In this document: piece by piece, positions 8,210 to 16,613 of the stretch
Position numbering within the stretch: position 1 is the stretch's first letter
Layout of the letters: the number at the start of each line of letters is the position of its first letter
Source of the DNA: Candidatus Thorarchaeota archaeon
GTDB taxonomy: Archaea > Asgardarchaeota > Thorarchaeia > Thorarchaeales > Thorarchaeaceae
Direction of reading: 5' to 3'
Length of the DNA: 32,000 nt
Assembly (NCBI GenBank): GCA_003345555.1
Contig: PRDJ01000026.1
Span: forward strand, 1 to 32,000
Made by a program: the position numbers and the translations under genes
The notes under the pieces: generated by a model
What the model was told of the DNA's origin: nothing
The model's input: only the letters and a program-made list of their open reading frames with translations
Databases searched by the model: none

Positions 8210-8923
8210 ATGGATTGGTCTGATTGGCAGCCGGTCTATCTAGCTATAGCGAAGAGACTCAGTCTGGACATTGATGCCGACAGGAAGGCCACTGCTCTAC
8301 TCACTTCGTTGCTTGAGGACATTGACCCGGCCCCCCTTCTCAACAAGCTCGAGAACAAAATCCGGAACCGTATTGTCGTGGTCTGTGGGGCAGGTCCGTC
8401 TTTGGGACAACAGCTGGATGAAGTAATGTCAATGCCAGAAACGGTCGATGCCATCTATGTGGCAGCTGATGGTGCTGCATCGGCATTCTTGGAACTCGGC
8501 AGGAAATGCGATATTCTCGTGACCGATCTCGATGGAAACAATGATGATCTAAAGACCATGATGAACCATGGAGCTCTGCCAATAATACACGCCCATGGCG
8601 ACAATATGCATAGAGTAGAGGAATTTGTCCCAACACTTAACACAGCGCTCGGCAGCACGCAGGTAGAACCGACTGATAGGGCATTCCTATGGGGGGGATT
8701 CACTGACGGAGACAGAGCATGTCACATCACTCTTCATTATGCGCCCCGACGTCTCATACTTGTCGGCATGGACTTCGGCAATGTAGTCGGGCGCTGGTCG
8801 AAGCCCAACAGACCGCTCCACTACGAAGCAGATGACAGAAAACGAGTCAAACTGGAGATAGCAGAGGAACTCGTCTTGGGTTTATTGGCAAGGACCAGTG
8901 TCCCATGCAGTTTCATGATCTGA
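8210..8923 (+). CDS. mptE: 6-hydroxymethyl-7,8-dihydropterin pyrophosphokinase, archaeal type
   Basis: GAGPSL, AADGA, VTDLDG, HAHGDN, GGFTDGDRA and GMDFG motifs. GGGGTGA ribosome-binding site upstream. Confidence 0.92.
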   Translation: MDWSDWQPVYLAIAKRLSLDIDADRKATALLTSLLEDIDPAPLLNKLENKIRNRIVVVCGAGPSLGQQLDEVMSMPETVDAIYVAADGAASAFLELGRKCDILVTDLDGNNDDLKTMMNHGALPIIHAHGDNMHRVEEFVPTLNTALGSTQVEPTDRAFLWGGFTDGDRACHITLHYAPRRLILVGMDFGNVVGRWSKPNRPLHYEADDRKRVKLEIAEELVLGLLARTSVPCSFMI

Positions 8924-8980
8924 TAGCATAGGGTCTAACATACCTAGTCTCTGTCTACAATTAGTGGTCTGCTATCGAGT

Positions 8981-9424
8981 CTAAGTCTTCAGACCATAGA
9001 GGTAGCTGATGATAAGGAACGCAGTCCCTGCGAGTACTGCGCCAAGAATCATCAGACGAGTTGCATATCCCGGCTGGAAAACGTACTTGGAAGCGAGGTA
9101 GATCAGTCCGACACCAACAGTACCGATGAATATCACAGATGAGGCTACGATTCCTTCTAGTCCTAGCTGAACATCAATACTGGGTGCAATCAAGATGGGA
9201 TTGCTTGATGCATCAACGGCAATTGCCGGAGGAGTCTTGACAAGAGTGTAGATGTTGCCGCCGAGGATGAATAGAACAGCCAGAAACATTGCTCCGAAGA
9301 TGACTATGTCAGGAGGACGTGCTGGCATGCGAAACCGGGGTCTTGAAAGCCGGACTCTTGGTTTAATGATGAACCGCGGCCACCATACGGGCAACTGACG
9401 AACCTCGCGGGCAGAGTCATGCAT
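8981..9424 (-). CDS. OSTC/DC2-like (OST3/OST6 membrane-domain family) protein, 3 TM
   Basis: GGNIY....PP, Q..LEG, three hydrophobic segments and an N-terminal P.F...P..RL..P...MP. All are colinear with recalled eukaryotic OSTC. Confidence 0.75.
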   Translation of the reverse strand: MHDSAREVRQLPVWWPRFIIKPRVRLSRPRFRMPARPPDIVIFGAMFLAVLFILGGNIYTLVKTPPAIAVDASSNPILIAPSIDVQLGLEGIVASSVIFIGTVGVGLIYLASKYVFQPGYATRLMILGAVLAGTAFLIISYLYGLKT

Positions 9425-9490
9425 CTCCTTTTAAAAATATCGTGAAATGCAGACTTGTACTATGACAGGGATATATCATTCGAGGCACTG

Positions 9491-9497
9491 TTTAATA
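9491..9497 (+). promoter_or_regulatory. TATA box candidate for topA
   Basis: TTTAATA about 46 nt before GTG 9544. GGTGA RBS at 9533-9537. Confidence 0.5.
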
Positions 9498-9543
9498 CCG
9501 TATGCTCATCAACGGTGAGAGAGTCACAGAAAGGTGACCAAGA

Positions 9544-11676
9544 GTGTCTCGTGTCCTTGTGATTTCTGAGAAACCGAATGCAGCTAAGAGAATAGCCCAA
9601 GCTCTCGATGAGAAAGGACAGCCCCATGAAATCGCGGTCGGTAGCGTCACATACTACGAGTGTACCAAAGACAATGACACGATACTAGTTACCTATGCCC
9701 TTGGGCACCTATACGAACTGCGACAGACAGAGGGTGGGTGGAACTACCCTAGGCTCGAGACTGAGTGGGTTCCGAAATATGAAGTCGAAAAGAAGGCTGC
9801 CAAAACCAGACCCCTAATCGCTCTTATCAAGCGGCTGGGAAGACAAGTAGATAGATTCGTAGTGGCGACCGACTACGATATCGAGGGCAGTCTAATTGGT
9901 TACTTGGTGCTAAAGTATGCCTGCGAGATCGATACTGCCAAGGCCCAAAGGATGGTGTTCTCGTCGCTCACTAAATCAGATATTGTGGAGGCATATGAGA
10001 GTGCTAGACCTAACCTAGACTTCACGATGATAGAATCGGGTTGTGTGCGGCACAAAGTGGATTGGCTCTATGGGATCAATCTCACTCGAGCTCTTACTTT
10101 ATCAATCAGGAAGTCTGCTGGATGGTTCAAGATAGTATCTACGGGAAGAGTACAGGGGCCGATCTTGGAATTTGTCGCCCTGCGTGACAAGGAAATCAAC
10201 CTGTTCGTGCCCACGCCATTCTGGAATATCGCTGTTCAAGGAATCTTCGAGAAACATGAATTGTCATTGGAGTTCAGTAACGGCCGCATTGATAACAAGG
10301 AGATGGCCTATGCACTGGCTGATGAAATTCGAGGAAAGACTCCATATGTTGACGCCGTAAGAGAAAAATCAGTTGTGCAGTCTGCGCCGCCGCCATTCAA
10401 TCTCAGCGACTTGCAGACAGAAGCATACCGACTCTTCGGCTTCAGGCCCAGTAAGACTCTTTCAGTAGCACAGAAGCTCTATCTTGATGCTCTGATTTCC
10501 TATCCGAGAACAAGTAGTCAGCGGCTTCCCCCTAGTCTTGATATCAACGCAATACTGAACGGGCTTCAGAAGATTGCAAGATTGGGCCCTCTTGTCAGAC
10601 GGCTGCTCAAGCAGGCACAGCTTACACCAACTCAGGGTGAGAAGGAGGATCCTGCACATCCAGCGATACACCCTACTGGAACACAACCAACCGAAGAACT
10701 GAGGCCAAATGAAAGAAAGATCTTCGACCTTGTCGTGCACAGGTTTCTTGCATCGCTCGGAGAAGCGGCTGTCAAGAAAATCGTGAAAGCGGACATTCTT
10801 TGTGGTGAGCGTCTCTTCTACGTGAGAGGAGTGAAAGTGCTGATCACAGGGTGGATGGATTTCTATGGCCCATTCGTACTAATGAAGGAGAAAGCATTGC
10901 CAGATCTTAGCAAAGGTGACGAAATCCAACTGACATCAGTGAAGGTGGATGAGAAGTACACGTCACCGCCATCTAGGTACAACCCGTCAAGCTTGTTGAG
11001 ACTTCTTGAAAGAGAGAACCTTGGCACGAAAGCGACTAGGTCTGAAATCATTGATTCGCTCAATTCACGCGGGTACACCGTAGGCGACAGATTCGAATTG
11101 TCAGCATTAGGCTACGCCATCTACGAGACCCTCAAGCAGTATGTTCCAACAGTGCTATCCGCCGACATGACTCGTCGATTGGAAGAGGAGATGGAAGAGA
11201 TACAGCGGGGCGCGGGTAGCAGAGAGAGCGTACTCTCAGAAGCCAAGGCCAATCTCCTTACACTACTTGGCAACTTCAGGTCTCAGGAAGATACGATTGG
11301 TCAAGCACTAGTGAAAGGTCTACAGAGATACTGGAGAGAGGAACAAGACATGGGGCCGTGCCCGAACTGCGAGGACGGAACCCTCACTCTGGTCTATTCG
11401 CCGAAGAGTGGTAAGAGATTCGTTGGATGCTCGAATTACCGAAATGGTACATGTAGTACGACATTCCCGCTGCCCCAGAAGGGTAAAGTCTTGCCGCTGA
11501 AGAAACAGTGTCCATATTGCGGCTATAGAATGATAAGGGTACTATCGGGCAGAAAGGCTTGGGAAACATGTATCAACTGGGCAGAGTGCACGGGGCGACA
11601 AGACGAACTCAAGGCCCTTGAAGAGAAAAGGACAACCAAAGAAAGAACCAAACCAGTAGAGGACGAAGACATATGA
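9544..11676 (+). CDS. topA: DNA topoisomerase I (type IA)
   Basis: ISEKPNAAKRIA, ATDYDIEG, STGRVQGP, catalytic ISYPRT, LGTKATR, and two C-terminal Zn ribbons. Confidence 0.96.
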   Translation: MSRVLVISEKPNAAKRIAQALDEKGQPHEIAVGSVTYYECTKDNDTILVTYALGHLYELRQTEGGWNYPRLETEWVPKYEVEKKAAKTRPLIALIKRLGRQVDRFVVATDYDIEGSLIGYLVLKYACEIDTAKAQRMVFSSLTKSDIVEAYESARPNLDFTMIESGCVRHKVDWLYGINLTRALTLSIRKSAGWFKIVSTGRVQGPILEFVALRDKEINLFVPTPFWNIAVQGIFEKHELSLEFSNGRIDNKEMAYALADEIRGKTPYVDAVREKSVVQSAPPPFNLSDLQTEAYRLFGFRPSKTLSVAQKLYLDALISYPRTSSQRLPPSLDINAILNGLQKIARLGPLVRRLLKQAQLTPTQGEKEDPAHPAIHPTGTQPTEELRPNERKIFDLVVHRFLASLGEAAVKKIVKADILCGERLFYVRGVKVLITGWMDFYGPFVLMKEKALPDLSKGDEIQLTSVKVDEKYTSPPSRYNPSSLLRLLERENLGTKATRSEIIDSLNSRGYTVGDRFELSALGYAIYETLKQYVPTVLSADMTRRLEEEMEEIQRGAGSRESVLSEAKANLLTLLGNFRSQEDTIGQALVKGLQRYWREEQDMGPCPNCEDGTLTLVYSPKSGKRFVGCSNYRNGTCSTTFPLPQKGKVLPLKKQCPYCGYRMIRVLSGRKAWETCINWAECTGRQDELKALEEKRTTKERTKPVEDEDI

Positions 11677-11906
11677 CGGAGTGTCCCATCTGCTTCCGCC
11701 AGTCCATGAACGGCACTGAACTCTGTGAATATCATGAGGAGGCACTCACTAGACTTCGTGCTGCATTCGCAGAATGGGAGAAAGCTCTGGGTGTTGGATG
11801 GATAGATTACCTATCATTAGTGTATCGAACTCAGGAGCTGGGATTGTGGGTCCGCGAGATAGTGGCTTATCTCACCTCAAGAAGTGCTGCTTCAATGCTT
11901 TCGTGA
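11673..11906 (+). CDS. Small hypothetical protein with CxxC...CxxH motif
   Basis: ATGA overlap with the topA stop. CPIC-x10-CEYH followed by an amphipathic W-rich helical part. Confidence 0.75.
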   Translation: MTECPICFRQSMNGTELCEYHEEALTRLRAAFAEWEKALGVGWIDYLSLVYRTQELGLWVREIVAYLTSRSAASMLS

Positions 11907-12216
11907 TATCGACCATAAGAGCCCGGGTCAGATCCTTCACGGCTATTATCATCATGCACATGCGGCCAGTGCTCTTGGCAACATTCTCTGCGAGAATGCG
12001 GACCTGCATGGCATCTTCTCCAAGCGAAAGAAACCCTGTTGATGTCGGTTCCCCGCGGCCCTGACCTGCTGGAATTGCCACTGCTGATAGCCCTAATCGA
12101 AAACGCTCGGCGTCAGATATCAGCACTAGCAGTCCATTCTCAAGGTCCATTAATCTAACTCTCAGACGACCGTGCTCCGTTTCGTGTTCAAAATCACGGA
12201 CATCATCAAGTGCCAT
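11872..12216 (-). CDS. Proteasome assembly chaperone PAC4/PAC3-like protein
   Basis: Pattern M.L.NGLLV.I....LG..AVAIP....P.ST..L.......LA..VA..TG..... fits recalled PSMG4. ATG 12216 preferred over 12246. Confidence 0.6.
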   Translation of the reverse strand: MALDDVRDFEHETEHGRLRVRLMDLENGLLVLISDAERFRLGLSAVAIPAGQGRGEPTSTGFLSLGEDAMQVRILAENVAKSTGRMCMMIIAVKDLTRALMVDITKALKQHFLR

Positions 12217-12379
12217 TGTGCAAATCCCTGCTTGCACTAGGCGCAATTGACCATAAATCAGTAGCGAGCAGACCTGGAGACGCTATGTCTTGTCCAGTCA
12301 AAGGCTGCAAACAACATTGTTATGTGTCAGGAGAAACCTGTTCGTGTCGGAATCGGCAATGAGTGGCAGGCGCTCTCAC

Positions 12380-14287
12380 ATGGACTACTTTCCTTACCCG
12401 GAGACTCGGAAAGGACAGGATGACATGATGCAGCTCATTGAGAGTTCAGTTAGAGAGGGAAGAGACGCATGCCTCGAGGCACCGAACGGTTTTGGGAAGA
12501 CCTGTGTAGCGCTTTGTGGAGTCTTGCCTTGGGTGAAGGAGAACAACGGTAAGATTCTCTATTGTGCTAGGACACATAGACAGCTAGACCGCGTAATAGA
12601 GGAACTTGATGTTGTTTCCAAGCGCATTGATGTGACAGGCGTCGCCTTCAGAGGAAGGCAACATATGTGTCTGAACGAGTTCATCGTGAAGAACGCGGAT
12701 TTCGTGACCCCAATTAGCGAGATATGTGGCCAACTTAAGGCTGCACATAGTTGCTCGTACTTCGAGCATTTCAAGAACTTGGCCGCTTTAGACAATCCTT
12801 TCGAGGACATGCCGAAGAAAGCAATCAATGCTCTGGAGATTATTACGGTTGCAAAGGAATGGAGAGTGTGCCCATACGAACTGGCCAAAGCACTCGCGAG
12901 AGTCGCCGATGTTATCGCCCTTTCATATCTCTACGTGTTTGACCCATTCATACTCGAGTCCTTTGCACCAGAGATTGGAGCGCCCATGTCGATGGTTGTG
13001 CTTGTCCAAGACGAGGCACACAACGTTCCCTTCACAGCTCTCGATTCAGCCAGCGATTCACTAGCTCTTGGGACCATTAGGCAGGCAATGAGAGAAGCCG
13101 AGACGTACAACGATCATATATCGAGAAACTTCTGTCGGGAACTCGCGAAGAGCATACTGGAAGTATCCAATGGTATGGGGGAAAGCGAAGAGGAGAACAT
13201 CAGTCCTAGAGATCTCTATGACTCCATCGTTGGAGCGTCCGGCATAGCTCCGGAAACACAACCACTTCCCTATATGAGCAGCCTCGGTTCCAAGATTAGA
13301 ATGGGTCTCCTGAGAGCTGGTAAGTTTCCCAAATCAGCAATCTACAGAGTGGCAGAGTTTCTTCTAAAATGGCTGCGATACAGTGAACGTGATGATTACG
13401 GTTTCTTGCTGACTTCGAGACATAAGAACGGGCAAAGTAGAGGGGTCTCCATTGACCTTGTAGCACTAGACCCGACGAATGTAACTGAACCGATATTAAA
13501 ACAGGTTCATTCTTCCATAGCTATGTCGGGCACGATATCGCCACTTGATGCTTACGCGGAAATGCTGGGACTAAGAAAGGACAGCATAAAGGCAGCCTTT
13601 CGTAGTCCTTTCGGGCCGCGCAACAGGCTTGGCATAATCGTGGAGGGCTTGGATACATCGTATGAAGGCAGAAGCGCAACTCTATTCCAGCGAATGGTCG
13701 ATCACTGTGTTGCTGTCGCTAATGCTACAAACGGCAATACGGGCATTTTTGCGGCCAGCTACTCGGTCGCAGAATCTTTGGTCAGAGCAGGACTGGAAAA
13801 GAGACTCAAGAGAAAGCTGTTCATTGAGAGGCAGGGAATGAAAACAATCGAAAACGACACCATGATTGATGAGTTCAAGAGGAGGGGGGAAAGCGGCGGA
13901 GCTGTCCTCCTAGGCGTACAAGGAGGACGCAATTCCGAGGGTGGTGATTTTCCCGGTCCAGCTATGGAGAGTGTAGTAGTCGTTGGTGTTCCGTATGCTA
14001 AGCCAACTCCCCGAATTGATGCACTAATACAGTATTTTGACAAGCGCTTCTCTGGTAAGGGCAGAGAATACGCTTACGTCCTGCCCTCGATGACAAAGGC
14101 GATTCAGGCGGCCGGTAGGCCTGTGCGTCGCCTATCCGATAGAGGGGCGATCGTGTTCTTGGACCAGCGCTTTGCATCACCTTATCTTCGAAGATACTTG
14201 CCTTCTTGGCTTGATGAAGTGACAAGTACAATACCTGACGATCCCACCGCAGTTGCGGAAAGAATACAGGCTTTCTTCTCAGACTAA
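12380..14287 (+). CDS. xpd: XPD/Rad3-family Fe-S DNA helicase
   Basis: Q motif (RKGQ), EAPNGFGKT, four Fe-S cysteines (HMCLN, ICGQ, SCSY, VCPY), DEAHN, SGTISP, QAAGRPVR. ATG 12359 is an alternative start. Confidence 0.93.
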   Translation: MDYFPYPETRKGQDDMMQLIESSVREGRDACLEAPNGFGKTCVALCGVLPWVKENNGKILYCARTHRQLDRVIEELDVVSKRIDVTGVAFRGRQHMCLNEFIVKNADFVTPISEICGQLKAAHSCSYFEHFKNLAALDNPFEDMPKKAINALEIITVAKEWRVCPYELAKALARVADVIALSYLYVFDPFILESFAPEIGAPMSMVVLVQDEAHNVPFTALDSASDSLALGTIRQAMREAETYNDHISRNFCRELAKSILEVSNGMGESEEENISPRDLYDSIVGASGIAPETQPLPYMSSLGSKIRMGLLRAGKFPKSAIYRVAEFLLKWLRYSERDDYGFLLTSRHKNGQSRGVSIDLVALDPTNVTEPILKQVHSSIAMSGTISPLDAYAEMLGLRKDSIKAAFRSPFGPRNRLGIIVEGLDTSYEGRSATLFQRMVDHCVAVANATNGNTGIFAASYSVAESLVRAGLEKRLKRKLFIERQGMKTIENDTMIDEFKRRGESGGAVLLGVQGGRNSEGGDFPGPAMESVVVVGVPYAKPTPRIDALIQYFDKRFSGKGREYAYVLPSMTKAIQAAGRPVRRLSDRGAIVFLDQRFASPYLRRYLPSWLDEVTSTIPDDPTAVAERIQAFFSD

Positions 14288-15054
14288 TTCGAGTCGTCCA
14301 ACAGCTTCTCTAGAGATGTACCGCCAGTCAGTACTGAGCGTGCCCGGCCAGTTGTCAGGGACCTTCTTCCGTCAGTCAGACGAGCAAACAGTTGCTTCAA
14401 AGACCGCACATACTCCTCTTTGGGTTCGATCAGAATATCCGAGCCACTAGGAACGCGTCCGTGTCGAGATGCGATTATTGTTGCAGAAGATTGGTCGGAG
14501 TCAGCGCCACCCCCCACTGTGGTATGATGTTCGTTCACGAGCTCTATTCGGGTCGCTGTAATCTTACCAAGAATACCCCGCAGATACAACACGGAGTACA
14601 AAGGAGAACCAGTTCCCACCCTTACTAGGGTCTCGCCCTCAGAATACTTCTTTGTGACGTGATAGAGCCAATCCAGAGTGAGCTTTGCTGCCTCAACTGG
14701 TGATGAGACCGTCTTTGTGTGCACCGGACGACCATCCATGGTTATGGCCAGTCCGATACGCATGCCTGGATCAACACCAATGGCAGTAATTGATGGACGC
14801 TTTATTCCAAGCAGTCTCATTTTGACTTCAATAGCTGTGAGGTCAGGGTCTGGGTCAGGCCCTACTTTCACAATGCGGCTATCTATTGCAGACCACGCCT
14901 CATCCTCTGTCGTGATTACAACATTGGCAGTGTCACATTCTGAATCGCCGGGATTGCAGACACTGAATCCAACTTCGAGACTCTCAAGAAGCTTGACTGT
15001 TTGGTAGAGCACCTTCGGGTTGCGGGTGGCAATTGTGACCTTAGTCTCACCCAT
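14284..15054 (-). CDS. RNase H-fold (YqgF/RuvC-like) nuclease-domain hypothetical protein
   Basis: IGVDPG.R.GLA, VRVGTG, ELVNEHHTT and DQSSATIIA match the YqgF pattern D.G / DER.TT / D..AA..I. Confidence 0.7.
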   Translation of the reverse strand: MGETKVTIATRNPKVLYQTVKLLESLEVGFSVCNPGDSECDTANVVITTEDEAWSAIDSRIVKVGPDPDPDLTAIEVKMRLLGIKRPSITAIGVDPGMRIGLAITMDGRPVHTKTVSSPVEAAKLTLDWLYHVTKKYSEGETLVRVGTGSPLYSVLYLRGILGKITATRIELVNEHHTTVGGGADSDQSSATIIASRHGRVPSGSDILIEPKEEYVRSLKQLFARLTDGRRSLTTGRARSVLTGGTSLEKLLDDSN

Positions 15055-15093
15055 TGTTCGAGCCCTTCTCGGTAGACTTATGACCCATCAGTC

Positions 15094-15843
15094 ATGATGG
15101 TGTTGGTGGTGGCTCCGGATTTGATTCTTCCGTCTGGCGTCTTGCCGTTGGATCATGTCTTGAATGGCGGCCTACGCACAGGTTTAGTCACGCACGTCTA
15201 TGGTGAGGCCGCATCAGGCAAGACCACCATGGGCCTGCAGTTTGTGAACGCGGCGTGCAAGCTGGGAGCGCGCTCGATGTACATCAACTCTGAAAGCACC
15301 TCAATAATCGAGAGACTGGAACAAGTCACAGGCAGAGAGTTCAATGAGATCGAGGATCTGGTCAGGATTCTCGCTCCAAAGGGTTTCGCTGAGCAAGGCA
15401 TGCTTATTGATGAACTAGACCTCTACGCAAGAGAGGGCACAAAACTGGTTGTCGTCGATACTCTTACTCGGCTTTATAGAACTGTGCTCGAAAACAAAGA
15501 TGCCACTTACGCAGCTCACCGAGAGTTGAATCGACAGACAGGCTTCCTGAAGGGGCTTGCAAGACAAAGAGACATGGCTATTCTAATACTCAATCAGGTT
15601 AGGGGAGTGCCAGACAGTCATGATTTGCTCGAACCAGTCGCCAAGAACATTCTAGACTACTGGGCCGATTATGTCCTCTGGATGCGCTTGGGACAGACAA
15701 GAGGAGAGAGAAAGATAGACCTGATCAGACCCGGAGAAAAACATCGACGAGTCGTTCTATACATCACTGGTTCCGGCATCGCTTCAGTACCCGACGAACA
15801 GGAAACAGTGAAATCGGGTGCAAAGAGACACAGAGAGGAGTAG
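15094..15843 (+). CDS. radB: RadB-like RecA/Rad51 paralogue
   Basis: LDHVLNGG, Walker A YGEAASGKTT, Walker B LVVVDT, ILNQV. No N-terminal HhH domain. Confidence 0.82.
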   Translation: MMVLVVAPDLILPSGVLPLDHVLNGGLRTGLVTHVYGEAASGKTTMGLQFVNAACKLGARSMYINSESTSIIERLEQVTGREFNEIEDLVRILAPKGFAEQGMLIDELDLYAREGTKLVVVDTLTRLYRTVLENKDATYAAHRELNRQTGFLKGLARQRDMAILILNQVRGVPDSHDLLEPVAKNILDYWADYVLWMRLGQTRGERKIDLIRPGEKHRRVVLYITGSGIASVPDEQETVKSGAKRHREE

Positions 15844-15848
15844 TCCCA

Positions 15849-16409
15849 ATGTATGAGGCCATCGCAGTAATTGAATTGGCAGTCTGGCTTGGATTGCCGG
15901 CGTGGGTGGCGAACTTCACGCCAGTTATTTTCGGAGGGGGAATGCCCATAGATCGAGGAAGGGTTCTTCGTGATGGACATAGATTGTTTGGCGACGGGAA
16001 GACAGTCAGAGGATTCATAGCAGGAGTGATATGTGGTACAGTGGCAGGAGTAGCTCAAACCATCGCGGGTCCGTTCTTGGAGCCGATACTGAGCTGGTAT
16101 GTGGTCGTCACCCCTGACATGGAAACAGTGTTGCTGATGAACCTGCCTGCAGCGTTTCTGCTATCCCTCGGTGCGCTTACCGGTGACCTTGCAGGATCCT
16201 TCATCAAGAGAAGAGCAAATATCAAGAGTGGAGGCCCATCACCGATGCTCGACCAGCTCGGCTTCGTAATCGTCGCTCTCATTGCGGCATCGTTTTTCTT
16301 GCGGCCTGCTCCAGAATATGTCCAGCTACTCATACTCATTACGCTCGGTGCGCACTGGTTGAGTAATGCATTAGGCTACTTGGTGGGTCTCAAGAAACAC
16401 CCTTGGTGA
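15849..16409 (+). CDS. carS: CDP-archaeol synthase
   Basis: PAWVAN..PVIFGGG.PID, GDGKT.RG, GDL.GSFIKRR, LDQL and the terminal GLKKHPW. Confidence 0.96.
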   Translation: MYEAIAVIELAVWLGLPAWVANFTPVIFGGGMPIDRGRVLRDGHRLFGDGKTVRGFIAGVICGTVAGVAQTIAGPFLEPILSWYVVVTPDMETVLLMNLPAAFLLSLGALTGDLAGSFIKRRANIKSGGPSPMLDQLGFVIVALIAASFFLRPAPEYVQLLILITLGAHWLSNALGYLVGLKKHPW

Positions 16410-16517
16410 CGCCGAGAGTGAAACACCTGAGCTCTTGCGTCATTTCCCGAATTCATAAGTGCTTGTTGATGTCAATATGCAAATGGCCAAAGATAGACAT
16501 AAAAGGTGTAGAACCCT

Positions 16518-16604
16518 CTCAGTGTTGCTCTGAGTAGAATACCGATTGGCTCAGTCTGTGAAGAGCTCAATCGGAATCTAATACTCTTCTACTACTCTTG
16601 GAGT
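16518..16604 (+). other. Structured intergenic segment upstream of the CBS gene
   Basis: Core stem CCGATTG-GCTC/GAGC-T-CAATCGG (16542-16574) with several alternative flanking pairings. Confidence 0.45.
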
Positions 16605-16613
16605 TGTTATACA

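Noticed and set aside
16410-16613. Possible SECIS element after the carS TGA (Asgard archaea use selenocysteine)
   Set aside because: No AUGA/GA quartet with apical AA geometry. CarS ends at its canonical KKHPW, and I saw no in-frame TGA readthrough candidate in the window.
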